Shown: piece after piece, positions 7,733 to 15,669 of the stretch
Layout of the letters: every line of letters begins with the position of its first letter
Position numbering within the stretch: the first letter of the stretch is position 1
From: Staphylococcus phage StB20
Sequence record: NC_019915.1
DNA: 40,917 nt
Reading direction: 5' to 3' (one strand)
Notes under the pieces: model-generated
Told to the model about the DNA's origin: nothing
Seen by the model: only the letters and a program-made list of their open reading frames with translations
Database searches by the model: none
Made by a program: the position numbers and the translations under genes

Positions 7733-8525
7733 AGTATCGTGGATTAAATTAAAAGTCGGAATGTTCGATGATAGCAAAATCAAGTATATAGAAGCACTGC
7801 CAGAACGAGATACAATCATCACTTTGTGGGTTAAGTTACTGACATTAGCTGGAAAGTATAACGAACAAGGATACATTATGTTATCCGAAAGTCTACCGTA
7901 TAACGAAGAAATGTTAGCTAATGAATTTAATAGACCTATCAATTCAATAAGATTAGCATTACAAACATTCAAAAAGCTAAGCATGATTGAAGAAGTGAAT
8001 GGTGTCTTTAAAGTAACTAACTGGGAGAAACATCAAAGCTTAGATAGTAAAAGTAAGCACAGAGAAAAGAACCGACTTCGACAACAAAGATATAGAGAAA
8101 GACAAAAACAACTAGAGAATAACGTTACAGTAACGTTACGTAACGATACAGAAGAAGAATTAGAAGAAGAATATAAGAATAAGAAAAAGAATAAAGAAGA
8201 TAGAAGTGACGACGTCTTTAAAAATTCAATTAATTACATCATGAACAACCTTGATAATAACTTAACTCCTCATCAGATGGAACAGGTAGGATGTGCTATT
8301 GATGATATTGGGGAACATGCAGATGAAGTTGTTGAAGTGGCTACTAATTATACAAAAGATAAAGGTTGTCATGTAGGTTACCTTATCAAAGTGTTAAATA
8401 ACTGGGCTAAAGAAAACGTTAAGACTAAAGAAGAGGCTGAAAATAAAATTAAACCTAAAAATAAAAAGTCTGTAACAGATGATGTAATTGCTCAAATGGA
8501 GAAAGAGCTAGGAGATGAAAGTTAA
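7725..8525 (+). CDS. Replisome organiser (phage replication initiation N-domain plus DnaD-like C-terminal domain)
   Basis: 266 aa. N-terminus SWIKLKVGMFDDSKIKYIEAL...TLWVKLLTLAGK matches the phage_rep_org_N pattern. The C-terminus ...TPHQMEQVGCAIDDIGEHADEVVEVATNYTKDKGCHVGYLIKVLNNW is DnaD/DnaB_2-like. Confidence 0.75.
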   Translation: MAEVSWIKLKVGMFDDSKIKYIEALPERDTIITLWVKLLTLAGKYNEQGYIMLSESLPYNEEMLANEFNRPINSIRLALQTFKKLSMIEEVNGVFKVTNWEKHQSLDSKSKHREKNRLRQQRYRERQKQLENNVTVTLRNDTEEELEEEYKNKKKNKEDRSDDVFKNSINYIMNNLDNNLTPHQMEQVGCAIDDIGEHADEVVEVATNYTKDKGCHVGYLIKVLNNWAKENVKTKEEAENKIKPKNKKSVTDDVIAQMEKELGDES

Positions 8526-8884
8526 TGCCTATGACTAAACAGCAAGCCCTAGAAGTGATTAAGACAATTAGACATGTATACAACGTTGACTTTGACAGAC
8601 CTAAATTAGAAACATGGGTTAACATTTTGAGCCAAAACGGGGATTATGAACCGACTAAAAAAACAGTGATGCAATATATCAATGATGCTAATCCTTATCC
8701 ACCAAGTATTCCAAACATAATGAGAAAAGAAGTCAAAGTCGTAAAAGAAGAGCCTGTCGACGAAAAAACTGCTAGACATCGTTGGAGAATGAAAAATGAT
8801 CCAGAATATGTAGCACAACGTAAAAAGATATTAGACGACTTCAGAAAGAAGTTAAGTGAGTTTGGAGTGAGTGACGATGAATGA
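8525..8884 (+). CDS. Hypothetical replication-module protein (119 aa) between the organiser and helicase; possible helicase-loading accessory protein
   Basis: Translationally coupled (ATGA overlap at 8522..8525 and again with the helicase start). No recognisable motifs. Confidence 0.55.
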   Translation: MPMTKQQALEVIKTIRHVYNVDFDRPKLETWVNILSQNGDYEPTKKTVMQYINDANPYPPSIPNIMRKEVKVVKEEPVDEKTARHRWRMKNDPEYVAQRKKILDDFRKKLSEFGVSDDE

Positions 8885-10112
8885 ACGTCATGAAATCGAA
8901 AGTACAATCGTTGCTAGTTTACTTCAAAAACCGGACATAATTGAGAAGTTACGCGTGAGACCGGAAATGTTCTCGCATGATGGTATGAAGTCATTTATGG
9001 AATATGTATTCGAAGTCGGAAAGGTAGATCATAACGAAATCTATTTAAAAACCACAAAAGATAAGTCATTCCTAGATATGGACACCATTTCAAATTTGTA
9101 TAACTCAAAGTTTATAGGTTATGGATTTTTTGAAAGATATCAACAAGATTTGCTCAACCTTTATCAAATAGAGCGTACGCAAAACGTATTACAAGAATTC
9201 AATTTTGACCCGAATATACAAAATTTTGATGAAATGCTCAACAAATTGCAAAAGGTTAGTTTAATTAGTGCAACAGAAGAAAGTGGTACTAAAAAAATTG
9301 TAGATCACTTTGTCGAAGAATTATATAGCGAAGAACCAAAACAAAAAATCAATACAGGTTATAAACTGGTGGATTACAAAATAGGTGGTTTAGAGCCTAC
9401 ACAGTTGATTGTAATCGCTGCGAGACCGTCAGTAGGTAAAACGGGGTTTGCACTTAATATGATGCTTAATATAGCATCTCAAGGATACAAAACTTCATTC
9501 TTCAGTCTAGAGACAACTGGTGTATCTGTATTAAAAAGAATGTTATCAGCAGAAACTGGGATAGAACTAACTCGTATCAAAGAAGTTAAAGATTTAGAAC
9601 CGGATGAATTAACACGTTTAACAACTGCAGCAGACAAAATACTCAAACTTGATATAGATATACACGATAAAAGCAATATCACTACACATGATGTACGTAA
9701 ACAAGCGATGAAAAACAAAGATGTGCAACAGGTTATCTTCATTGACTACTTACAACTTATGCAGACAGACAGTAAGTTAGATCGTCGTAATGGTATTGAA
9801 AAGATATCGCGAGACTTGAAGATTATTGCAAATGAAACAGGTGCAATTATTGTGTTGCTATCTCAATTGAGCAGAGGTGTAGAAACAAGAAATGACAAAA
9901 GACCTATGCTATCTGACATGAAAGAAGCAGGTGGAATTGAAGCAGATGCAAGTTTAGCTATGCTGTTATATCGAGATGATTACTACAACCGTGATGATGT
10001 TGATGACTCAGACAAGTCAATTGTTGAATGTAACATCGCAAAGAATAAAGACGGAGAAACAGGTGTAGTTGAGTTTGAGTACTACAAGAAAACGCAGAGG
10101 TTCTTCACATGA
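8871..10112 (+). CDS. DnaB-family replicative DNA helicase
   Basis: 413 aa. Walker A ARPSVGKTGFALNM. Walker B / ssDNA-binding context QVIFIDYLQLM. RecA-like C-domain with SQLSRGVE. Confidence 0.9.
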   Translation: MTMNERHEIESTIVASLLQKPDIIEKLRVRPEMFSHDGMKSFMEYVFEVGKVDHNEIYLKTTKDKSFLDMDTISNLYNSKFIGYGFFERYQQDLLNLYQIERTQNVLQEFNFDPNIQNFDEMLNKLQKVSLISATEESGTKKIVDHFVEELYSEEPKQKINTGYKLVDYKIGGLEPTQLIVIAARPSVGKTGFALNMMLNIASQGYKTSFFSLETTGVSVLKRMLSAETGIELTRIKEVKDLEPDELTRLTTAADKILKLDIDIHDKSNITTHDVRKQAMKNKDVQQVIFIDYLQLMQTDSKLDRRNGIEKISRDLKIIANETGAIIVLLSQLSRGVETRNDKRPMLSDMKEAGGIEADASLAMLLYRDDYYNRDDVDDSDKSIVECNIAKNKDGETGVVEFEYYKKTQRFFT

Positions 10113-10330
10113 AAGTAGTTGAATATCAAAAGTTATTAGGTGTTATGTATCGAGAAGATTATCAAAACGATCCGTTAATAGCTAAGACACTTATTGAGTC
10201 AGGTTGGGCAGTTAAACGTTTGTTAGAAAACAAGACGATATCACCATTTGACGAATATGAAAAAGTTCAGGAATTAATCATGAATGAAACGAAGTGGAGG
10301 CAAAGCGATGGGGCTTTTAGAAGGACATAA
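10109..10330 (+). CDS. Hypothetical protein (73 aa)
   Basis: ATGA-coupled to the helicase stop. No motifs. Confidence 0.5.
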   Translation: MKVVEYQKLLGVMYREDYQNDPLIAKTLIESGWAVKRLLENKTISPFDEYEKVQELIMNETKWRQSDGAFRRT

Positions 10331-10553
10331 ACAAAAGTATTACCTATATCAAAGCGATGGTTGGAAGATGTGTAGTGTCATACCTTTAGCAGAAGATACA
10401 TTCAATATCGGCAACTATGCAGGTATGCACTTTCAAAAGGTGTTCAATGGCAATGTAACCAAAGAAGAACTTAACAAGTTAAAACGTAAATATAAATTGT
10501 ATCGCAAGGAAGAATTACAACAACAAACCACGATTGATGACTATTTATTTTGA
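10308..10553 (+). CDS. Hypothetical protein (81 aa from ATG 10308)
   Basis: RBS GGAGG lies 7 nt upstream of ATG 10308. The ORF is open from 10284. Confidence 0.5.
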   Translation: MGLLEGHKQKYYLYQSDGWKMCSVIPLAEDTFNIGNYAGMHFQKVFNGNVTKEELNKLKRKYKLYRKEELQQQTTIDDYLF

Positions 10554-10561
10554 GGTGAATC

Positions 10562-10969
10562 ATGAGTAAATACAATGCTAAGAAAGTTGAGTATAAAGGA
10601 ATTGTATTCGATAGCAAAGTCGAATGTGAATATTACCAATATTTAGAAAAAAAGATGAATGGCGTGACATATAACCGTATCGAGATACAACCGAGATATG
10701 AGTTAATCCCTAAGTTTGGGGATCAGAGAAAAACCGAATACATCGCAGATTTTTCTTTATATCTTGATAACGACTTAATAGAAGTCATAGATGTGAAAGG
10801 TATGGCAACAACTACAGCAAAGTTAAAAGCAAAACTGTTCAGATACAAATATCCCGAAGTTAAACTAACTTGGATATGTAAAGCACCTAAATATACAGGT
10901 CTTGAATGGATTGAATATGACGAATTAATCAAAGTCAGACGAAAGAGAAAGAGGGAGAAGAATGACTGA
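10562..10969 (+). CDS. DUF1064-like PD-(D/E)xK fold nuclease (putative recombination/Holliday-junction processing protein)
   Basis: 135 aa. Motif pattern ...EYIADFSLYLDNDLIEVIDVKG is consistent with D...(D/E)xK. RBS GAGGTGAATCATG. Confidence 0.6.
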   Translation: MSKYNAKKVEYKGIVFDSKVECEYYQYLEKKMNGVTYNRIEIQPRYELIPKFGDQRKTEYIADFSLYLDNDLIEVIDVKGMATTTAKLKAKLFRYKYPEVKLTWICKAPKYTGLEWIEYDELIKVRRKRKREKND

Positions 10970-11156
10970 ACCTATAGAGGAAATAGTCACAGTAAACGCT
11001 ACAGTGAAAATCAAATGTGATTTTCCGGTATGGCTTAATAAGCATACTAATTTAGAAGACGAAAAAGAGAAATTACTTGATGTGATTGCGGAGAACCCAG
11101 AAAAAGAATTGATGAACGAGAACTTTGAATTTATAGATTTAGTAGAGGTGGAGTAA
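10962..11156 (+). CDS. Hypothetical acidic small protein (64 aa)
   Basis: Translationally coupled (ATGA with the upstream stop). Confidence 0.45.
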   Translation: MTEPIEEIVTVNATVKIKCDFPVWLNKHTNLEDEKEKLLDVIAENPEKELMNENFEFIDLVEVE

Positions 11157-11522
11157 ATGAGAAATATCAGAGTAGGCAAACAAACTTTTGTGGTGACTGA
11201 AAAAGACGAAATGAAAATGAAAGAAAGTGGCGTAAATATGTATGGCGTCAGACAAAGAATAAAAAAAGGTTGGGATTTTTACGACGCAATTGAAGCGCCA
11301 GTCGGTATGCGTCGCAAAGAGTGGAATGCACTAAAAAGAATGGAACGATTAGAGGAAATGAGAGAAGTCGAAAGTTTAAAAGAACGTATCCAAAGACGAA
11401 GAACGGAAGAACTAAGACGTAAGAAACCTCACTTGTTCAACGTGCCTCAAAAACATACGCGTAGTGATTATTGTAGTTACTTAATGGAAAACGACATATT
11501 TCCAAAAAAGGTAGTCGGATAA
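11157..11522 (+). CDS. Hypothetical protein (121 aa), Arg/Glu-rich coiled-coil centre
   Basis: RBS GAGGTGGAGTAAATG. No enzymatic motifs. Confidence 0.55.
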   Translation: MRNIRVGKQTFVVTEKDEMKMKESGVNMYGVRQRIKKGWDFYDAIEAPVGMRRKEWNALKRMERLEEMREVESLKERIQRRRTEELRRKKPHLFNVPQKHTRSDYCSYLMENDIFPKKVVG

Positions 11523-11720
11523 ATGGATAGAATTTTATTTCATGAATTGCAGGTTGGCGATAACATTTGGTTTAAAAACCCATATGCCTCATTTAGCCAC
11601 TGGGGGACTGTAGAGAGCCTTAATTATAATTTTGAGGGTAAATCATACGTGAATGTAAAAGTGGGCGTAGAAACGGTTTTGAGAGCTTATGAGAACTACA
11701 CATTTATTAAGGAGAATTAA
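11523..11720 (+). CDS. Hypothetical protein (65 aa)
   Basis: Tightly packed in the operon (ATAAATG start overlaps the upstream stop). Confidence 0.45.
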   Translation: MDRILFHELQVGDNIWFKNPYASFSHWGTVESLNYNFEGKSYVNVKVGVETVLRAYENYTFIKEN

Positions 11721-11722
11721 GA

Positions 11723-12202
11723 ATGACGGATAGAACAACGATCTATTTAGGCGGCGACATGCTAAGTTTAGGACAACAAATGCGTCGTGAGTGGGAGAAA
11801 CAAGAGTTACAACGATTAGGCTTTAAAGTCTACGCACCACATGACGATAAGGATATCAATGATAAAGAAAATGCTAACCAAGATAAGTTAGCAGAACGTA
11901 TCGTGTTTAATGACACATTAGGTATGGAAACGAGCGATGTAATGATATTCGACTACTTACCACATGCACAAGGGACAATTTGCGAAATGGGATATGCACA
12001 GCACCTTAAAAGAGCAAGTGAGAAAGATATTAAGATTTATGTTCAATGTACTGACATCAGACAAGGGACAGGACATATTTCAGATGAACAAGATCGAGCA
12101 GAGTTCAGTATCAATCAATATGTGTATGGCGTAATCATGGATATCACTGACGGTAGAGGTATTCAAACGTTTGATGAGATATGTGAGGAGTTAATCTCAT
12201 GA
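11723..12202 (+). CDS. Nucleoside 2-deoxyribosyltransferase-like protein (PF05014-type fold)
   Basis: 159 aa. N-terminal IYLGGDM plus ...GTICEMGYA... matches the conserved YxGG...E(catalytic Glu)xG arrangement of the N-deoxyribosyltransferase / DNPH1 family. RBS AAGGAGAATTAAGAATG. Confidence 0.6.
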   Translation: MTDRTTIYLGGDMLSLGQQMRREWEKQELQRLGFKVYAPHDDKDINDKENANQDKLAERIVFNDTLGMETSDVMIFDYLPHAQGTICEMGYAQHLKRASEKDIKIYVQCTDIRQGTGHISDEQDRAEFSINQYVYGVIMDITDGRGIQTFDEICEELIS

Positions 12203-12384
12203 TACTTAGCAAAACAATCAACCAACGATACAAATACAACACACAAGGCAAGACACCTACAGAAGTACAGCGTGAACTAAGACAGCTAGGTGTTAAAGGC
12301 TTTGTGGTTAAAGTAGCAGGCAACAGAGTGACGATGAAAGTTAATGAGAACGATATTAAAAAGAACAGGGAGTTTTTGAGATGA
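12199..12384 (+). CDS. Hypothetical protein (61 aa)
   Basis: ATGA-coupled. Basic small protein. Confidence 0.45.
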   Translation: MILSKTINQRYKYNTQGKTPTEVQRELRQLGVKGFVVKVAGNRVTMKVNENDIKKNREFLR

Positions 12385-12641
12385 ACGCAGAAGCTAAATT
12401 TGTATCTAGTGTGATGGACGCTAGGTTGAAGAAAGTTAAACAACAACGTGACACGTATAAAAAACAACGTGATGAACTCATCAATGATATTGCAGACATT
12501 AAACGTAAAGCAGAGGCGTTTGATGAGGTAGCGGTAACTGTATTATCTGAAGATAACGATGTAATAAAAAACATGAATAACATAGTAACTAAAATAGTTA
12601 TTAATAATTTGGAGCGTGGTAGTGATGACAATCGAAACTAA
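12381..12641 (+). CDS. Hypothetical coiled-coil protein (86 aa)
   Basis: ATGA-coupled. Confidence 0.45.
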   Translation: MNAEAKFVSSVMDARLKKVKQQRDTYKKQRDELINDIADIKRKAEAFDEVAVTVLSEDNDVIKNMNNIVTKIVINNLERGSDDNRN

Positions 12642-12804
12642 ACGCATTTATGAAATTAGTAGAGATAAATTCCATGGGGGGGTGTTTTCTAATCGTAAGT
12701 TTGACATTTTGTGCGAATTTAAAGAAGAGCCTTATGCAGTTATTGAATACGATAACAAACTAATAAAAGTGGAATTATATCAAGTTGAATTTAAGGAGGA
12801 ATAA
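12625..12804 (+). CDS. Hypothetical protein (59 aa from ATG 12625)
   Basis: RBS GGAGCGTGG precedes it. Overlaps the previous gene. Confidence 0.4.
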   Translation: MTIETKRIYEISRDKFHGGVFSNRKFDILCEFKEEPYAVIEYDNKLIKVELYQVEFKEE

Positions 12805-12805
12805 A

Positions 12806-13231
12806 ATGACTAACACATTAGAATTTAAAAAAATATCAAAGAACGCAACTATGCCAACACGAGCTAATGAATTTGATTCTGGCTTGGATTTATATGTATC
12901 TGAAACAATCACAATCCCAGCGCATACAACAACAATAGTTAAGACAGATATAGCAATCAACTTACCATACGGATATGAGGGACAAGTAAGACCTAGATCA
13001 GGCAAATCACTTAAAACGAAGTTACGTGTAGCATTAGGAACTATAGATAAAACGTATCATAAAGAAATAGGTATCATCACAGACAATATAGGCGATGAAG
13101 ACATCACAGTAGAAAAAGGTGAAAGACTAGCTCAGTTAGTTGTAGCACCAGTTGTATATCCTACACCCAAAGAAGTTAAGGAGTTTGAAAATGAAAGTGA
13201 CAGAGGCGCATATGGAAGCACAGGAGAGTAA
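12806..13231 (+). CDS. dut: dUTPase, minimal trimeric type
   Basis: 141 aa from ATG 12806 (RBS AAGGAGGAATAAAATG). All five trimeric dUTPase motifs are present: DSGLDLY, RPRSGKS, GTIDKTYHKEIG, RLAQLV, RGAYGSTG. There is no long motif-VI insertion. Confidence 0.9.
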   Translation: MTNTLEFKKISKNATMPTRANEFDSGLDLYVSETITIPAHTTTIVKTDIAINLPYGYEGQVRPRSGKSLKTKLRVALGTIDKTYHKEIGIITDNIGDEDITVEKGERLAQLVVAPVVYPTPKEVKEFENESDRGAYGSTGE

Positions 13232-13279
13232 AGATATAGTAGCAGAGATCAAACAAATACTAGGTAAGGAGTGAACGGA

Positions 13280-13462
13280 ATGATTAAACGCATATTAAAG
13301 ATATGGTTCACTATCGCTATGTACGAGTTAGGTAAATGTATTGGTAGAGAGTTGTATTATAAGTTAACTGCAAACGATGAGGTGGAAGTGCCTAAGGACT
13401 TTTACCATAAGAATGATCAAATAGATATAGAAAATTATATACGAAAGGACGATAAATTTTAA
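13280..13462 (+). CDS. Small protein with N-terminal hydrophobic helix (60 aa)
   Basis: RBS AGGAGTGAACGGAATG. Confidence 0.4.
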   Translation: MIKRILKIWFTIAMYELGKCIGRELYYKLTANDEVEVPKDFYHKNDQIDIENYIRKDDKF

Positions 13463-13612
13463 ATGTGGATTATTCTTTCAATTATATTGGCTATTGCACT
13501 CTTAATATCATTATGTGTTCAAAGTGAACTGAGAGTCAAAGCAAGTGAATATAAATACTATAGCGAATTATTAAGTCGTCAAATTAAGTATTTTGAAGAT
13601 AACAAAAAGTAA
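13463..13612 (+). CDS. Small membrane protein (49 aa; MWIILSIILAIALLISLCV...)
   Basis: ATG overlaps the upstream stop (TAAATG). An N-terminal TM helix is predicted. It is short. Confidence 0.35.
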   Translation: MWIILSIILAIALLISLCVQSELRVKASEYKYYSELLSRQIKYFEDNKK

Positions 13613-13628
13613 GTATCGGAGGTTTCTT

Positions 13629-14075
13629 ATGAATCTAGGTAAAGAAGACATACCAAAGTTAGAACAGTTCTTTCGTAATTATGAAGATATGAAAGGACAG
13701 TTATTATACAGACGCTATGAATTATTATATCAGCCTCAAGATACAAATACTGGTGGAGGCAAAAGTAACTTGCCATCAAGTCCAGTAGAGAATGAAGTTA
13801 CTAAATTACATAGTGACTTGAAGTACAATAACCTACAAGCAATCATACAAGCTATTGAAGATGTATATAAGAATGCTACACAAGAACAAAAGCTTATAGT
13901 TGATTATAGATACTGGGAGAAAGACTTAACAGTATATGAGTGGCCAGACATTGCACATGAGTTAACAAAGGCAAGAGAAGATAACAAAGTAATTAGTAGA
14001 GATGCTACACTTCGTATGCGTAATCAACTGATGAGAGAGACAGCTAAAAGAATTGGTTGGGTAAGCTTTGACTAA
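13629..14075 (+). CDS. rinA: RinA-family late-gene transcriptional activator
   Basis: 148 aa from ATG 13629 (RBS CGGAGGTTTCTTATG). Size and sequence character match RinA. It is positioned immediately before the packaging module. Confidence 0.8.
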   Translation: MNLGKEDIPKLEQFFRNYEDMKGQLLYRRYELLYQPQDTNTGGGKSNLPSSPVENEVTKLHSDLKYNNLQAIIQAIEDVYKNATQEQKLIVDYRYWEKDLTVYEWPDIAHELTKAREDNKVISRDATLRMRNQLMRETAKRIGWVSFD

Positions 14076-14676
14076 GCGCACTTCCGACATACTAGAAGTG
14101 CGGGTTGTCAATAGGGTATTATAGTAGCATAAGGAAAACTGGATAGCACCTTTAGAAGTGGAGTTGTTATTCAGTAGGTATGTGATCCAACACTATATTC
14201 TTGAGGCACGTTACTTTTGTAGCGTGTCTTTTTGTATGCACCTATCTTAACTACCCACAGAATAAGGACGCACATATTAAAGGACACTACTTATTTAAGG
14301 TGGGGTTTGAAGGTGATACTATTTAAGGTCACATACTTTTAGGTCATCACTTTAGTGTGTGACATACATAACAATAAACATTCATTTATATGTCAAAAAG
14401 GTTTCGTTAGTTTAAGAGATTGATAGAAACATTAAATAATAAATCAAAAAGTAAAGTTTGTTTGTTGTTAATATTATTTGTTGTTTAACAATTGAATGTT
14501 AAAAGAAATGTTTTCTTAATCATAATCTTTGTGAGATTAATTTCTATTTGATTGATAAAACATTTTCTAAAGTTAAAGACAAAATGATTTTCTATTTTAG
14601 AATTTCGTTTTGTCTTTTCTTTTATTCTTAAATTGATTTGAGTTTCTTTGTTAAGAAATGAAAGAACAAAAGTTAA
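14076..14676. promoter_or_regulatory. 600-bp noncoding region between rinA and the HNH-terminase module: stem-loop GCGCACTTC...GAAGTGCG (14086..14112), a GC-balanced block with short direct repeats (CTATTTAAGGT twice; GTCACATAC/GTGACATAC) and an AT-rich tract; probable late-promoter and packaging-region DNA
   Basis: No ORF with an RBS on either strand. The repeats and the dyad were read directly from the sequence. Confidence 0.5.
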
Positions 14677-14691
14677 TTGAAAGAAGTTGAA

Positions 14692-15054
14692 ATGAATTTG
14701 AGTAATTTCAAAGTTCCAAAAGTTAGATTAGGAAACAGAACTTATAGTCAAAGCGAGCTACAAGACTATAGGAAAGCCAATACACAAAGGTATAACCAAG
14801 AGGTTAGGCATAATAGGCACAATAGGGAGTATACAGCGTTCTACAACAGTACACAGTGGCGTAAGCTACGTCAACAAGTGCTGATGCGTGATAACTATTT
14901 GTGTCAACATTGTTTAAGTAAAGGAATAGTGAATGACAAAAATTTGATTGTTCACCATAAGATTGAATTAAAACGGGATTGGTCGAAAAGACTGGATATG
15001 GATAATTTAGAGGTAGTGTGTTTTAGCTGCCACAACAAAATTCATTCGAGTTAA
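14692..15054 (+). CDS. HNH endonuclease of the terminase-associated type (cos-phage packaging HNH)
   Basis: 120 aa from ATG 14692. CQHC...HHKIELKRD...CFSCHNKIH gives the HNH/zinc-finger motif. It is immediately upstream of terS/terL. Confidence 0.85.
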   Translation: MNLSNFKVPKVRLGNRTYSQSELQDYRKANTQRYNQEVRHNRHNREYTAFYNSTQWRKLRQQVLMRDNYLCQHCLSKGIVNDKNLIVHHKIELKRDWSKRLDMDNLEVVCFSCHNKIHSS

Positions 15055-15084
15055 AATTTATTTTTATTTTTGAAAATATTTTTT

Positions 15085-15150
15085 GCGGGGTGAAGAAAAA
15101 CCGGGTGCCAATCTGACGGCGCTCGATAACGAGCCGGCCTCATTTCCGAC
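15085..15150. other. GC-rich island between hnh and terS with dyad GCTCG-ATAA-CGAGC (15121..15134) and flanking CCGGG/GCCGGCC; candidate cohesive-end site (cosN)
   Basis: A local GC content far above the AT-rich surroundings and twofold symmetry, in the expected location for cos in HNH-terS-terL phages. Confidence 0.4.
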
Positions 15151-15198
15151 CAAACTCCCAAAACTTAATGTTGTAATATTACAAAAGGAGGTGGTTAG

Positions 15199-15669
15199 AT
15201 GGCTAGACCACGTAAATTGAACCTACAAAAGCAAGGACATCGCACTAAAGAAGAATTGCAAGAAGCAGAAAACGTTGAAAATGGTCTTTATGAGTTCGAC
15301 CAGATTAATGCAGAAAATTTACCAGAAGATTTAACCGAAGGTGCTGCTAAAGAATGGGTGCGTGTTGTTCCTCTTTTACAACAACTACCAATTGCTGAAC
15401 TAGATTATGGTTTAATCAAGAAATATTGCCAGTTAGTCGACATTAGTGACGAAGCATACCAAGAAATGCAACAAGTTGGTACGTATCAACCAGATAACCA
15501 TCGTAAAACAGGACCATATGTCACATTCATGGATACTACAAGAGAAATTATAAGCATATGTGGCAAATTGGGTATGACAATTGATAGTCGTATGCGTTTA
15601 GTTGTACCGGTTGAAAAGGATAAAGCAAAATCGGTTTACGATGAATTTGGTGTTGATGAAGATGACTAA
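15199..15669 (+). CDS. terS: Terminase small subunit (P27-family type)
   Basis: 156 aa. RBS AAAGGAGGTGGTTAGATG. It sits next to the HNH gene and overlaps the terL start. Confidence 0.8.
   Translation: MARPRKLNLQKQGHRTKEELQEAENVENGLYEFDQINAENLPEDLTEGAAKEWVRVVPLLQQLPIAELDYGLIKKYCQLVDISDEAYQEMQQVGTYQPDNHRKTGPYVTFMDTTREIISICGKLGMTIDSRMRLVVPVEKDKAKSVYDEFGVDEDD

Noticed and set aside
7664-7984. 106-aa minus-strand ORF overlapping the replisome-organiser start
   Set aside because: Antisense, with no RBS. It would disrupt an operon of coupled genes.
12144-12631. Minus-strand ORFs 12144..12467 and 12356..12631 in the accessory region
   Set aside because: They overlap tightly coupled plus-strand genes with good RBSs. 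Their composition (Leu/Ser/Phe-rich) is typical of antisense frames in AT-rich DNA.
14086-14112. Stem-loop GCGCACTTC...GAAGTGCG directly after rinA, as an intrinsic terminator
   Set aside because: It has a good stem but no downstream U-tract, so it is kept only as part of the regulatory region and not called a terminator.
14247-14259. 13-mer TTAACTACCCACA shared between the rinA-hnh intergenic region and the right-end noncoding arm (40799..40811)
   Set aside because: In a 41-kb AT-rich sequence roughly ten exact 13-mer coincidences are expected by chance. There is no supporting flanking similarity.
14076-14400. Possible tRNA or other structured RNA gene in the GC-balanced part of the rinA-hnh gap
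   Set aside because: No cloverleaf-compatible arms or GTTCRANYC T-loop consensus were found by eye. Left as unexplained regulatory DNA.
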